From a virus: 64,000 nucleotides of DNA. Positions 9,338-20,700 of this stretch are shown here, piece after piece. Made by a program: the position numbers and the translations under genes. The stretch's first letter is position 1. The number at the start of each line of letters is the position of its first letter. The stretch is taken from the IMG/VR virus record IMGVR_UViG_3300042898_002309, positions 1 to 64,000 of that record. One strand, given 5' to 3'. The notes under the pieces are model-generated. The model was not told where the DNA came from and ran no database searches. It saw nothing but the letters and a program-made list of their open reading frames with translations.

Positions 9338-10579
9338 ATGGCAATAAGAACTAAAGACTGCACAAAAGAATATTTAACTAGTGTAGCATTACCAAATCAT
9401 GCAGAATCATATACTGTTATCTCACATGAATTTATTATTAATCATACCATGGAGCAATTAGCTCTCCATGGTTTTACTGTAGAAAAAGAAACATATAGAT
9501 CTAATTCTGATGGCTCTATTGCTCAAGGCATATATTATATTAACTATGATAAAGATCCTGAGATAGGATTAATGTTTGCATGGTCTAATAGTTATAATAA
9601 ACTAATGAGATTTAAATGTGCAATGGGTGGTTATGTATTCATATGTATGAATGGTGTAGTAGCCGGAGATATGGGTTCATATGGAAGAAAACATCTTGGA
9701 ACTGCAGACACTGAAACTATTAAAGCAATCATTGAGCAAATTAGTAATGCAGATATATACTTTGATAGAATTGTAGCTGATAAAGATACAATGAAGAAAA
9801 TTACTATTACTGAAAGAAAACAAGCTGAATTATTGGGTATATTATACGCAGAGTATGAACTTCTTACTAATGAGCAGATAAGTATTGTAAAACAACAAAT
9901 GGATAAACCAAGTTATGACTACAACTGTGAGATAAATTCATTGTGGGCATTCTATAATCATGTTACTTATGCATTGAAAAAATCACATCCTAGAGACTGG
10001 ATGGATGACCAGAGAAAATTTCACTGGTTTGTTGCATTTGAATTTGATTTAGCTAACTTTGTTGAAGGTGCTGAATTAGTTCCTGTAGATCAATTAGAGT
10101 TAAACTATGGGCAACCTGAGAATCAGTTAAATATTCTTACTGAGATTGAAAAAGCTGAAGAAAATGCTGAGTTATCTCAATTAGCAATTGAAAGAGATAA
10201 CATGCAAGCTGATATTGAAGCTGATATACTTGATGAAGATATTAGATATGCTGCAAATTATGATGCTGTATTCTATGAAGATCCAGCAGGTAATACATTT
10301 GAAGCACCTATAGTAGAAACTCAAGTAGAAAGACTATCTTTAGATGATATTCTAATAAGAATACCAAATGCTGAGAAAAAAGCACTTGAAGAAACACTTG
10401 AAGTAGAAGAGGTTAAACCTGTTGAAGCTGAGGAACTTATACAGTTACAAGAAAAGTTAGATAAAAGAGAAATTAAAGTTATAGCAAAAAATATACTAGA
10501 AGATGATGATTTTAATTTTGATCTTGATTTTGATGATGCTAATAAAGATGACACATTAGGAGGAGAATTCTTCTTATAA
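9338..10579 (+). CDS. DUF932-like protein with long acidic C-terminal extension
   Basis: Y..ISH, NSYN.....F....G..VFICMNG, KH.G, SLWAFYNHVT..LK motifs. Confidence 0.65.
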   Translation: MAIRTKDCTKEYLTSVALPNHAESYTVISHEFIINHTMEQLALHGFTVEKETYRSNSDGSIAQGIYYINYDKDPEIGLMFAWSNSYNKLMRFKCAMGGYVFICMNGVVAGDMGSYGRKHLGTADTETIKAIIEQISNADIYFDRIVADKDTMKKITITERKQAELLGILYAEYELLTNEQISIVKQQMDKPSYDYNCEINSLWAFYNHVTYALKKSHPRDWMDDQRKFHWFVAFEFDLANFVEGAELVPVDQLELNYGQPENQLNILTEIEKAEENAELSQLAIERDNMQADIEADILDEDIRYAANYDAVFYEDPAGNTFEAPIVETQVERLSLDDILIRIPNAEKKALEETLEVEEVKPVEAEELIQLQEKLDKREIKVIAKNILEDDDFNFDLDFDDANKDDTLGGEFFL

Positions 10580-10623
10580 AGACACTTGCTCCAAGGGAGT
10601 ATAGTTAAACAAATATATCAATT

Positions 10624-10651
10624 AGGAGGTACAGCAATGTATCTCCTTTTT
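10624..10651 (+). terminator. intrinsic terminator
   Basis: aggaggtaca-gcaa-tgtatctcct followed by tttt. Confidence 0.75.
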
Positions 10652-10697
10652 AAACTTGATATATTTAAATATAAATAAATATAAATAAATAAAATTT

Positions 10698-10982
10698 ATG
10701 GAAAACGCAACACCTGTTAAAAAACCAGTATTAACAATTGGACAGTATATAATTATTGCGGTAGTTATATTTATAATTGCTAAAGCATGTGATACTACAC
10801 CTAGTGCATGTGATTGTTATGATATTTTAAATGTTCCTTCTGAAAGATTAATAAATGATAATGGAGAAAGATATGGTATGCCATTTGCAACTGGAAATCA
10901 ATCCAATGAAGAATATAAAAAGTATAAAAAGTGTCAAGATGCATACGCTGGTCCAGCTGGAGCATTGTTGAAATGTAATTAA
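10698..10982 (+). CDS. small membrane-anchored/lipoprotein, CDC motif
   Basis: Hydrophobic stretch YIIIAVVIFIIAKA-C, then ACDC and two further Cys. Confidence 0.7.
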   Translation: MENATPVKKPVLTIGQYIIIAVVIFIIAKACDTTPSACDCYDILNVPSERLINDNGERYGMPFATGNQSNEEYKKYKKCQDAYAGPAGALLKCN

Positions 10983-11011
10983 AAATTATAAAAAAATTAA
11001 AAATAATCTAA

Positions 11012-11269
11012 ATGAAAAATTTTAATATAACTATTAAACAAGGTGTTTATATTGCTTCATCTATTATTGGATTAACATTGTTTAATTCATGTGGAAGTGC
11101 TGTTAATCCTTGTGATTGTGCAGAAATTGGTCCGATTACACAAATGATTGGTTATAGCAACTTAAGTGATGAGCAAAAAACAACCTTTGATAATTGCAGT
11201 AATAAATATTCAACACCTTCTGAAGCATATGAGGATTGTGTAAATAAATTATCAAATGAATTAAAATAA
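11012..11269 (+). CDS. small lipoprotein, CDC motif (paralog of 10698..10982)
   Basis: Signal peptide with lipobox-like LFNS-C, then PCDC and two further Cys. Confidence 0.7.
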   Translation: MKNFNITIKQGVYIASSIIGLTLFNSCGSAVNPCDCAEIGPITQMIGYSNLSDEQKTTFDNCSNKYSTPSEAYEDCVNKLSNELK

Positions 11270-11272
11270 TAT

Positions 11273-11308
11273 AAGGAGAGAGCCACAACGGTTCTCTCCT
11301 TTTTTTTT
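11273..11308. terminator. terminator at the convergence of the early and late blocks
   Basis: aaggagagagcc-acaac-ggttctctcctt followed by a T run; lies between convergent genes. Confidence 0.85.
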
Positions 11309-11309
11309 C

Positions 11310-11444
11310 CTACTTACCTTGACCTCTATATCCTTTCTTATAGAGCTTTGATTTTTTAAGCTTAGATGTACCATTCTTAGAGTGTACACCTGGTCTTGAT
11401 ACTTTTACTGAAGTACCTGCACTTCCTGTTGTTTTATTAGCCAT
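11310..11444 (-). CDS. small highly basic protein (44 aa), YRGQGK family
   Basis: MANKTTGSAGTSVKVSRPGVHSKNGTSKLKKSKLYKKGYRGQGK*; starts 6 nt after the 2086-aa gene stop; not in the ORF track. Confidence 0.75.
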   Translation of the reverse strand: MANKTTGSAGTSVKVSRPGVHSKNGTSKLKKSKLYKKGYRGQGK

Positions 11445-11450
11445 TGTTAT

Positions 11451-14400
11451 TTATATTTTAGAAGAATACCTTTCATAATTTTTAATAAGTGTTTCAACAT
11501 CACCTGTTCTACCTGTTATACCAATTGTTTTTAAAATATGGCTTTTTATTTTAGCTTGACCTTCTTTTTGCCATGAATATGGACCACTTTCAATTTGGTA
11601 ATATGCTGCATCTTTTCCAGCTACCATCATAAATATATCTTCTATAATTTTTGCATATAAGGTCAATGTAGATCCAAAAGATGTACTTGTTACACTAATG
11701 AAGTTATTATAATCATCAAAACCTAAACCAGGTAAAGGTACAAATGCAGATGTTTCAGCTCCTACTTGTAATAGTAAATTTAACATGTGATTAGTAATAA
11801 AACCATTCATTTTAAAACCTTCAGTACCAAATGCATCTGATCTATTTTTAATTTTTTCCCATCTTTCATCATCATCAGGATCATATGCAAATAGTAAACC
11901 ACCTAATACACTGAAAAGAAATATTGATACTCCTTCTGATATCATTTTTTTGGTATCAATTTTATCTTCTTCAGACATATACGGATAATATTTACCTGCA
12001 GATTTAACTAATTTATATAATGAAACAATACCAGATATATAATAACCTCTTGATGTTTCACCTAATCCCCAATCATATCTTCTTCCCCATCTATTTTCTT
12101 TAGATAAATCAGCACCAAATCTATTTGTAAACATTGATGTTGTCCATTTTCTCATAAAGTAAAACATTCTATAAATAAAATATTTATTACCTTCTGCTTG
12201 TCCAAAATCATCATATACACCATATAATCTTCTAGAAATAGTTTGAAATTTATTTTTAAATTGTTTAAATTTAACTGATTGAGCAATTACTAACTCACTA
12301 CCTTCTATAAGATTTTCATTTTTAGATATTCTATTTTTAGCTTTTAATTCATCTACTGGAATAGAATATTTTTCAGAAATTGATTCAAGTGTATCTGTAG
12401 CTTCTACTGTATGATATATAGTTTTATTTCCCCATTCAGGATTAATACCTTTTTTTAATGAAAGTACACCATCTTTATCTAATTCCCAAGCATCAATATA
12501 TCTTATTGGTACAACTTTACCTGTTGAAGTAATTTGATCTACATATTGATGATGCATAAATCCACCAAATAATTGCATAGCAGCTTCCATCTCACCAAAT
12601 TTTCTGAATGAATACATCCAAGAACCATCAAGTGTGTCTTTAGCTCTAGTTCTTGATAAATTTTCACCAAATTGTTTTTCAGTTTTAAAGAATGCATCAA
12701 AAGATTGAATTATTTGTGAATTAAGAGATTGACTACCTCTAGCATATATTCCTACTGCTGACCATTCTAACATAGTTTTAGCAGCCCAAGGTCTTGCTAA
12801 TGCCATAGATTTTAATGATACATATTTACCTCCTGAAGCTTCAATAAGATTTTGTACTATCTGACCATATCTGTTTTTTAAATCTGAAGGAACATTAATA
12901 GCAAGTGTTGCTCTACCAGCTGCACTTAACATAAAGTTTGACATTTTATGCAACCAAGGATTACTCTCTTCAATACCTACAATTTTTCTACCATACAGTT
13001 CTCTTTCTACAAGTGATCTTACTTGCTCAAGTCTATTATATGTATCACCTTTATTTTTATTTACATTTACAAGTTTACCTGTAATTTTATTTATGGTTCT
13101 ACTTTGTTTATTAATATTTTTTAAACCATTTTTAGGATCTTCTAATACTGATAATATAGAATTAAGTAATGGTGCAGATTCAATTAATTTAGCCTGCATA
13201 TTAATTGACTGAATGTATTGAAATATACCAGGTAAAAAGTCTTTAGATGTTTTTTCAATATCTAAGTTATATGTACCTGTTACTGGTACGTAACTAATTT
13301 CATTACCTTGCATATCTGTTGTTACAAGATTTTTCTTTGCATCATAGTTTAAACCTAATTCATAATCATCATTAGATTTACCTATCATTTTTTGCCAATA
13401 GTAATCCCATGAACCTTTAAGTGCTTTTGCTTTATCAGATAATGCACCAGCTTGAAGATTTTCTAACATACCTTTTTTACCATATCTTGGTAAGTCATAC
13501 CATAATCTTGAACCAAGTGCAGCATCATTTTGAAACTTAATGTAATATTCTTTAATGGTTTCAATTAATTTATATTGATCATTATTTGCTGCTTTAAGTT
13601 TTAAATAGTCATAGTCTACAAATCTATCATCTTTTGCACTATTAGTTTCTCCTTTCTTATAAGGTCTTGGTAAATAGTTACCAGCATTATCTTTAATGGT
13701 ACCAATATAATCTTTCCAATCTTCCCCTATAGGTATTGTTCTATACTTAGGGTCATTTTTAATTCTAAATTCAGTGTGTCTTGAATTTGGTAATCCATTA
13801 ATTGTAAACTCAGTACCAGTTTGAGGATTGATTAATTTAGTTTTAATATAGTCTTCTTCATTATTTGGTACTGATACTGAATAACATGCAAGTCTTTCAA
13901 AATATATATCAATGTCGCCTGTTCTTGAGTATCTTTTTTTAGTAACATGGTTGTTAAAAAACCAATTTCTAAATTTTGTATCATCACTTAATAAATCTTT
14001 AAATGATTCTGAGTTTATTAAATCATCAACAGTAGTTTCACTAGTTTCACCTTTACCTAATATTTGTGTTAGATAATAGTTCATTGTCTCCATATAATAC
14101 TCAGTAGGTATCTTAGAAGAAATTTCTGCTAATTCACTATATATACCTTGTATTTCTGCAGATTCTAATGCAGTTAATCCATCTGGTGTATTTTCTTTTA
14201 TCAGTTTTAAATATCTTAATTTTTGCTCATCAGATAATGTTTCTGTTTTTGATTTAATAATATTGATATACTCATTTAATTCAGATGCTTGTGCTTTAGT
14301 TAACTTAGAAGTTTTTTGCTCTGCAAATTTAGAGTCATTAATTTTTTGTTGTAATTCTTTAATTTTTTGTATTCTCTCTGCTTTTAATTCAGAAGGAATA

Positions 14401-17400
14401 GGTTGACCTTGTGAATCTCTAAAAGAAAATAGTAAATCATAGATTTCACTAAATGCTTCACCAGTATTAAATTCTGATTTATCAGTTTTTTTATCTTGTA
14501 ATTCTTTTAATCTAGTGATTAATTCTTTTTTTCTTGTATAATAAGTTTCTGAATAAGCAACTCTAGTGTTTTGTCTTATCCATTTAGCATTCATCTCATT
14601 AAATACTTCTTTTGATACACCTTCTGCAATTATAGAATTAATAAATTCATTATATGATGTTTGAAGAGAACCTTCTTTTGCTACACTTTCATAAAAATCA
14701 GATGTCTTTTCTTTATGCTCTCTTAGTATAAGTGCTATTGATAAATCATATATGTTATTTTCAGGATCATCAACTTTAGGTGAACCATCAATATAATTTA
14801 ATTCATATAATTGTTGATATTTTCTCCATAAAGCTTGGGCAGATGAATACTTTTCAAATCTTTCTAATTCAGTTGAGAATATACTTAACTCAGAATTATA
14901 ATCTTCTAATGCTTGTTTTCTTGTTAACCATGCTAATCTATGTACAGGAGATTCATTAAATATATCATCAGCATCTAAAACTATTTTAGTATACTTATCA
15001 TACATATAATCTTTTTTAAATTGCTTTAATGCTGCAGCAGCAGTAGCAATTGCTTCTTTATCTTTAGTTTCTAAAGCTTTAGAATAATCATTTTGTAATT
15101 TAGCTTGTTCATATCTGTAACCTTTCCACTCATTTTTAAGTGTAAAAATTTCTTTTTTAACTACTTCACCTTTTTCATCATAACCTAATACCTCATCTCT
15201 ACTTGAAATTAAATCAGCAACTTGAGCTGTATTATTATAATTAATATTATTTGCTTTTAATATTGGTTCAAGTTTCCCTCTAAATACTTCAGTTTCATTA
15301 AGTGTCTTTAACTGTGCATCAGTTTTAATATTTTGAATATACATTGCTAATCCACCTACAATTGGGTCATTACTTGATGTATATGATTCTAAGAATCTAT
15401 TAAACCAAGATACATCTTTTGCATTACCAGATAGTATGTCTCTTAATTTAAGTTCATCAATTTTAAGATAATTGTATTCTGATATAAAGTCATTTATGTA
15501 TTTTTTTTCAACACCTTTTGCTATTATTTTTGCCATATCTTCATCAGCAATATTACCGGATACAACTTTATCATAAAAGTCTTCTAATTCTTCTGCAGTT
15601 AATTTATTCTTTAAAGCATTACCAAGATCTTTTTTAAGTTTATCATCTAAAAATTCTTGCATATAAGCCGTGTAGGTTCTATAAAAATCTACAGAGGAGT
15701 CTTTATATATCTTTTGCAGTAAAGTGATTGCAGACTTTGCATTTGTATTCATTTCACTAAGTAAATTACTTAATGCATTACTTGAATCTAAATTAAAATC
15801 TTCTTTAAATAATTCTACAGTATCATCAACAAACTCAATGTAATTTGATAAATTGGTTCTATAGATACCTAATACTGATAATGTACTTCTTTCACCAAAG
15901 TTTTTATCTTTTTGTATATCTAATAAATCCTTGTATATATTTTTAATAATATTATTAGTGATTTCTAAACTGCTTACAAAATTGATAGACTTATTAGTCA
16001 TATCTTTTATTCTTCTTAACTCAGATTCAATAACTTCTTCAATTATTTCATCTTTACTTGCTTTTCCAGTATCAACAATTGATTGGTATGGAGTAAGAGA
16101 TTTTTTAATTGCAGGTAATAATTCATTTGTCCCTTCTATAAACAATGTTTTTTGTAACATTGGATAAAGATTAGATTTTTTACTAAATTTTTTAGCTGAA
16201 TTTAGCATTGAAGATGTAGATGCATAAAAATTATCTATAGCACTCTGCATTGCATTTTCAGATACATTCTTTGTTAATATTTTTACCCTGGCATTTGTAT
16301 ATCTAGAGAACATTGCAATATCTTCATCTGTAACTAAGTCAGTTTGATACTCAAAATCTTTTGAAACCATCATATCAGCTAACTCACCTAGTGTAGTTGA
16401 TTCATTTATTTTAGAAATATTCTGAGTATTACTAAAAAATGATCTAAATATTTGTTTTATGCTATATAACAGATTTTTAATAAATGAAACAAATCCTTCT
16501 GATTGAGGAGTATTTGTTATTTTATCATATGCTGCCTGTTGCAAAGCATGAACTATAACTTCTTCCATAAATAATGGAGAGTCAGTTGTTAATTCAGGGT
16601 ACAATCTTTTAACTTTTTCTATAATTGCTTGACCCTCTGTAGTACTTTTTACTTGGGTAAATAAATTATTAAACAGTTTCACATTTTCAACTCTTATAGC
16701 ACCAATTAATGGATGACCAAACTCATGTAAAGCAGTCTCAAGATTAAAATTATCTCCCACAAAATAAACTATTCCACCAAAAAAGAAAGCAGGTTCACCA
16801 TTATAAGATATAACTCTATTCTTTAGAATTTGTTTTGCTTCTGCTTCAGTAATAATTTGATATGATGTTTTTAAGTTTTTAGATAATCTATCAGCTAGTA
16901 TTTCAGCAACCTCAGTAGCTCTTGCTTTTTGAGATACTTCTGCATCTAATGTTAAAAATTGTTCACCTTCAACTGATGCTCTCATAAACCTTGGTTCAGA
17001 TTCTTTTGTAGGAATATATTCATATACACCTTTAGTAACCTCTTGAGCCCTATTTTGTTCAACTAGTTTATTCCATAAGCCTTTACTTAAAGAATTTAAT
17101 TCTCCACTTCTAAGTAATATATCTTGATCAGCTAAACTATCACCTAATATATTATAAGTATCAGTTGCTAATCCCTGTCTTTGAAAATCTTCATTAATTT
17201 TAACTGCACCTACTGTAGCAATACTATTATCTAATTCATAATTAACAGTACCTACTTTAATATTATCTTTTATAATATCAAGATTATATCCATTATCACC
17301 ATATGCACTACTAAATTCTAATTTAATTTTAGATTCATCTTCAGTTTCTTCAAATGCATCAGTAAGACCAAGTGCTCTTTCATTTTTTTCTTCATATGCG

Positions 17401-17711
17401 TTTACACAGTCTTGTAGTGCATCAAATAATAATTCATTAGGTACAACTCTATATGTAGTATCATATATAGCATCAGATATATATGCTTTACTATTTGTAT
17501 TTGATTGTTTTTTATGTTTTTCAGTATCTATAGTAAATAATAATTCATCTGGAGCAGGTAATAGTCCATATTTAATTCTAGCATACTCTGTAAGTTTTTT
17601 ATTTATTATATTAAACTTATCAGTATTACCATCTATAATAGCTCTTACATCTGTAATATATTCTTTTTTAATTAAATAATCTAATGTATTTGATTGTACT
17701 ACACACTTCAT
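11451..17711 (-). CDS. giant virion ejection/cargo protein (GNAT-like, HExxH peptidase-like, LysM and hydrophobic C-terminal region)
   Basis: 2086 aa immediately downstream of the vRNAP; FQRQGLAT..Y, LHEFGHP, HTVEATDTLESISEKYSI.V..L...N; hydrophobic GVSIFLFSVLGGLLFAY. Confidence 0.8.
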   Translation of the reverse strand: MKCVVQSNTLDYLIKKEYITDVRAIIDGNTDKFNIINKKLTEYARIKYGLLPAPDELLFTIDTEKHKKQSNTNSKAYISDAIYDTTYRVVPNELLFDALQDCVNAYEEKNERALGLTDAFEETEDESKIKLEFSSAYGDNGYNLDIIKDNIKVGTVNYELDNSIATVGAVKINEDFQRQGLATDTYNILGDSLADQDILLRSGELNSLSKGLWNKLVEQNRAQEVTKGVYEYIPTKESEPRFMRASVEGEQFLTLDAEVSQKARATEVAEILADRLSKNLKTSYQIITEAEAKQILKNRVISYNGEPAFFFGGIVYFVGDNFNLETALHEFGHPLIGAIRVENVKLFNNLFTQVKSTTEGQAIIEKVKRLYPELTTDSPLFMEEVIVHALQQAAYDKITNTPQSEGFVSFIKNLLYSIKQIFRSFFSNTQNISKINESTTLGELADMMVSKDFEYQTDLVTDEDIAMFSRYTNARVKILTKNVSENAMQSAIDNFYASTSSMLNSAKKFSKKSNLYPMLQKTLFIEGTNELLPAIKKSLTPYQSIVDTGKASKDEIIEEVIESELRRIKDMTNKSINFVSSLEITNNIIKNIYKDLLDIQKDKNFGERSTLSVLGIYRTNLSNYIEFVDDTVELFKEDFNLDSSNALSNLLSEMNTNAKSAITLLQKIYKDSSVDFYRTYTAYMQEFLDDKLKKDLGNALKNKLTAEELEDFYDKVVSGNIADEDMAKIIAKGVEKKYINDFISEYNYLKIDELKLRDILSGNAKDVSWFNRFLESYTSSNDPIVGGLAMYIQNIKTDAQLKTLNETEVFRGKLEPILKANNINYNNTAQVADLISSRDEVLGYDEKGEVVKKEIFTLKNEWKGYRYEQAKLQNDYSKALETKDKEAIATAAAALKQFKKDYMYDKYTKIVLDADDIFNESPVHRLAWLTRKQALEDYNSELSIFSTELERFEKYSSAQALWRKYQQLYELNYIDGSPKVDDPENNIYDLSIALILREHKEKTSDFYESVAKEGSLQTSYNEFINSIIAEGVSKEVFNEMNAKWIRQNTRVAYSETYYTRKKELITRLKELQDKKTDKSEFNTGEAFSEIYDLLFSFRDSQGQPIPSELKAERIQKIKELQQKINDSKFAEQKTSKLTKAQASELNEYINIIKSKTETLSDEQKLRYLKLIKENTPDGLTALESAEIQGIYSELAEISSKIPTEYYMETMNYYLTQILGKGETSETTVDDLINSESFKDLLSDDTKFRNWFFNNHVTKKRYSRTGDIDIYFERLACYSVSVPNNEEDYIKTKLINPQTGTEFTINGLPNSRHTEFRIKNDPKYRTIPIGEDWKDYIGTIKDNAGNYLPRPYKKGETNSAKDDRFVDYDYLKLKAANNDQYKLIETIKEYYIKFQNDAALGSRLWYDLPRYGKKGMLENLQAGALSDKAKALKGSWDYYWQKMIGKSNDDYELGLNYDAKKNLVTTDMQGNEISYVPVTGTYNLDIEKTSKDFLPGIFQYIQSINMQAKLIESAPLLNSILSVLEDPKNGLKNINKQSRTINKITGKLVNVNKNKGDTYNRLEQVRSLVERELYGRKIVGIEESNPWLHKMSNFMLSAAGRATLAINVPSDLKNRYGQIVQNLIEASGGKYVSLKSMALARPWAAKTMLEWSAVGIYARGSQSLNSQIIQSFDAFFKTEKQFGENLSRTRAKDTLDGSWMYSFRKFGEMEAAMQLFGGFMHHQYVDQITSTGKVVPIRYIDAWELDKDGVLSLKKGINPEWGNKTIYHTVEATDTLESISEKYSIPVDELKAKNRISKNENLIEGSELVIAQSVKFKQFKNKFQTISRRLYGVYDDFGQAEGNKYFIYRMFYFMRKWTTSMFTNRFGADLSKENRWGRRYDWGLGETSRGYYISGIVSLYKLVKSAGKYYPYMSEEDKIDTKKMISEGVSIFLFSVLGGLLFAYDPDDDERWEKIKNRSDAFGTEGFKMNGFITNHMLNLLLQVGAETSAFVPLPGLGFDDYNNFISVTSTSFGSTLTLYAKIIEDIFMMVAGKDAAYYQIESGPYSWQKEGQAKIKSHILKTIGITGRTGDVETLIKNYERYSSKI

Positions 17712-17714
17712 ATC

Positions 17715-20700
17715 TTAACATTTAAACGGATCTTCTTCCTCTGTAAATAAATTATCAATTTCTGCATCACTAATTCCTTGCTTTTCTGCAACTAAATCAA
17801 GCATATCTGTAAACATAGTTGAATTAGGATTTATATATCCAAATTCTTCATAAAGTCTACGTGATAAATATACAAATAATTCTTGAGGCATGACATTTAT
17901 ATCTCCATATCCTTTAGTAGAAAAAGCAATTTTGTTTCCTGCTTCAATTAATTCTTTCATGTTTTGAATTGCTTCTTCCCATTTATCTTTAACAACAAAG
18001 TATTTTGATGCCGGTATTGTAGCTAAATTATCAACTGGATTATTTAAAGCAGTTATTAATGCTATATTCATTCCTTTTGCTGCTTTATTAATAAAGCTTT
18101 GACCTTTGAATTGTTTTGATGGATCTCTTAACTCTAAATCAGTTGTACTATTTATGAATACTGTAGTTGGATTAGATTCAACTAGATTTTTATAGTGTAC
18201 ATTTGTTAAATCCCCATCATCATATTTAAAAATAAAATCACTAATAGTAGGTTCTAATGTGTATTCAGATTTAGTTACCTTTTTTTCTTGGTTAAAATCC
18301 ATGAAATAATCTTTAAATCTGCTTTTTTCAAAATTACTTATACTATTTTGTTTATTAAATACTTTATAGTATTCATCTAAAAATGCAAGTCCTTTTTCTT
18401 CATTATCAAGTAAACTCATAAGTTTATTTTTTTCTTGCTCAATAACATTAATAAAAGGTGTATAGTCTACTATATTAACAAAATTAAACTTGGTTTTATT
18501 TATGCCAGATTGTAAAAATGCATATAAAGGTAATTGTGCAAAAAAGTCTGAAATGTATTGATTTTCTTTTTCATTTGCTGATTTTTTAATCTTAGGATTA
18601 GCTAAGTCAAGTAAATTTTTATGATATATATTTGAAAGTGAATTAGTATAATCTTTTTGATTAACATAAATATTAAACATTTTATTATCCTTATCAGAAT
18701 CTGATTTCATAACATCAAGTACATCATAATCAAGTCTTAACTTAGGATTTTTAGTTAAAATATTACTTAGTCTAATTGCAAATGCTGACTCAGTATTTTT
18801 AAATAAATGACTTGGATTAAAAGTATTTGATAATGCTTTATCTGCAAGTATTTTTTCATATGCTAATCTAACTTGTTTTTCATATGGTAAATCTTTTTTG
18901 GATTCTTTAATTTTTTTTAATTCACCTACAAACTCATTTGTTTTACTTATTTCAGAAAAAGGTGATATGCTTCTTAAATATTCTCTTTCAGCTACAAATC
19001 TAAAATACTCTTCTTTATTAGAGTTTCCATTATTCATGAAAGTAGAAATAGGAAGTGCATATAAACCTTTACTGTTATAACTTAATTCATCAGTTGCTGA
19101 TTTTGACCATGATTTATTTTCAAATTCTTTTTCAAGTGTAACTTTATCAATATACATAGTTGGTATACCAGATTTATTCTTTTTTACAAATGCACCAAAT
19201 TTTGGTAAATTAGCAAATTCTACTGGTATTGTTTCTTCAACATTATATGACTTATAAAATTTATCTATGTTGTACTTCCTTAATGTATTTTGTAGTATTA
19301 ATGATATCATATCATTTCTGAATGTATCAACATATAAATCTTTTTTATTTACCCCAAATGTTTTTTCTAATGAATTTCTTATATCTTGGTTATTAATTAC
19401 CATCCATTTAGTAATTAATGGGTGATATCTCATTTTAAATAAAGGTCTACCAATTTGTAAAGCCATTGGGCCATTAAAGAATGAACTAGTAACAGAGTCA
19501 TTAATCATTTTCCATAATAATGTCTGATCAAGTTTTGTCTCATCTTTTAAATTTTCTAATGATGACTCAGTATCTTCTATTTGACTAAATGATGTCTTTA
19601 AACTAGTATCTGCATTTGCATTTAATTTTAATTTTTTAACACCATTCATTTGTTGTTCAATTTCTAAATAATGTAAAAACATTAATTTAGATAATTCTGA
19701 ATTAGCTGCTTCTGGATCAGTTCTGCTATCTTTAATTAAGTTAAGCATTTCATTTTCTGTAAATTCAGGAATTGCTTTATCATCAAAATATTCATCAGCT
19801 AATTTTGTTGTAACTGAATATCTTGCATCACTTTTTATTTTTTGATTAAAGTGTTTAGCAATTACATTTCTTGATGCATTAGATGGAATATAATTAACTG
19901 AGTCAGCTGCTTTACCTAATGGTTCAGCAAATGTACTTTTAGCAACACGTTGTTCTTCTACATATTCTTTTACTAATGGTTGAGATACAAAATAAATTGC
20001 TTCTTTAACAGGTACACCTGCCTTAAGTAAATAAAGTAAAATTGGTGCTACTTCAGAGTTACCTTGAATAAAGAATATCCATGCATCTTTCTCAACATCT
20101 ACCCATCCATTTATTGCTTGAGCAAATAAATCTGCTATTTTATTTATATTATCAGCATCATATCTATTAGATAATGATACTACTTCTTTACCATAATCAA
20201 TAGAGTCTTTTTCATTATTAATAAGAGTATTGTGTTTTAAAAATAACCTTACATCTCTTGGTATTTTTTCTTTACCATGTATATAAGTAGATGGCATTGA
20301 TGCACCAAGTGAATTAAATAATGTATGAAATGTATTTTCAATTGCTCCAAGTCCTAATGTTTTCTTACCTACTACATTAGATTCATGTTTATAAATATTA
20401 TATAATGATTCTAATACTCTTGTAGGACTTATAACTGATGCATATTTTCCTGTTTCCTTATCTTGCTTAATGCTTTGATTAGGTTGGTCACTCATCATAT
20501 TAGCTTTTGGATCATAATCCATTACATATTGTGCTAAACTATCTGCAATTCCTTTTAGTAAATAAGTACCATTTGGTCTAATTAAAGATGCATAGTTTTC
20601 AGGTAATGCAAGTATGTTTTTAATATCTTGTATTAATTCATTTTCTAATGCAGCTTTTTGTAATTTAAATATTTTTGCTAATGGTTCACCATTTGCTTTA

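Noticed and set aside
10665-10692. taaatataaataaatataaataaat short tandem repeat
   Set aside because: Low-complexity AT sequence within a leader; not distinguishable from background as an origin or iteron.
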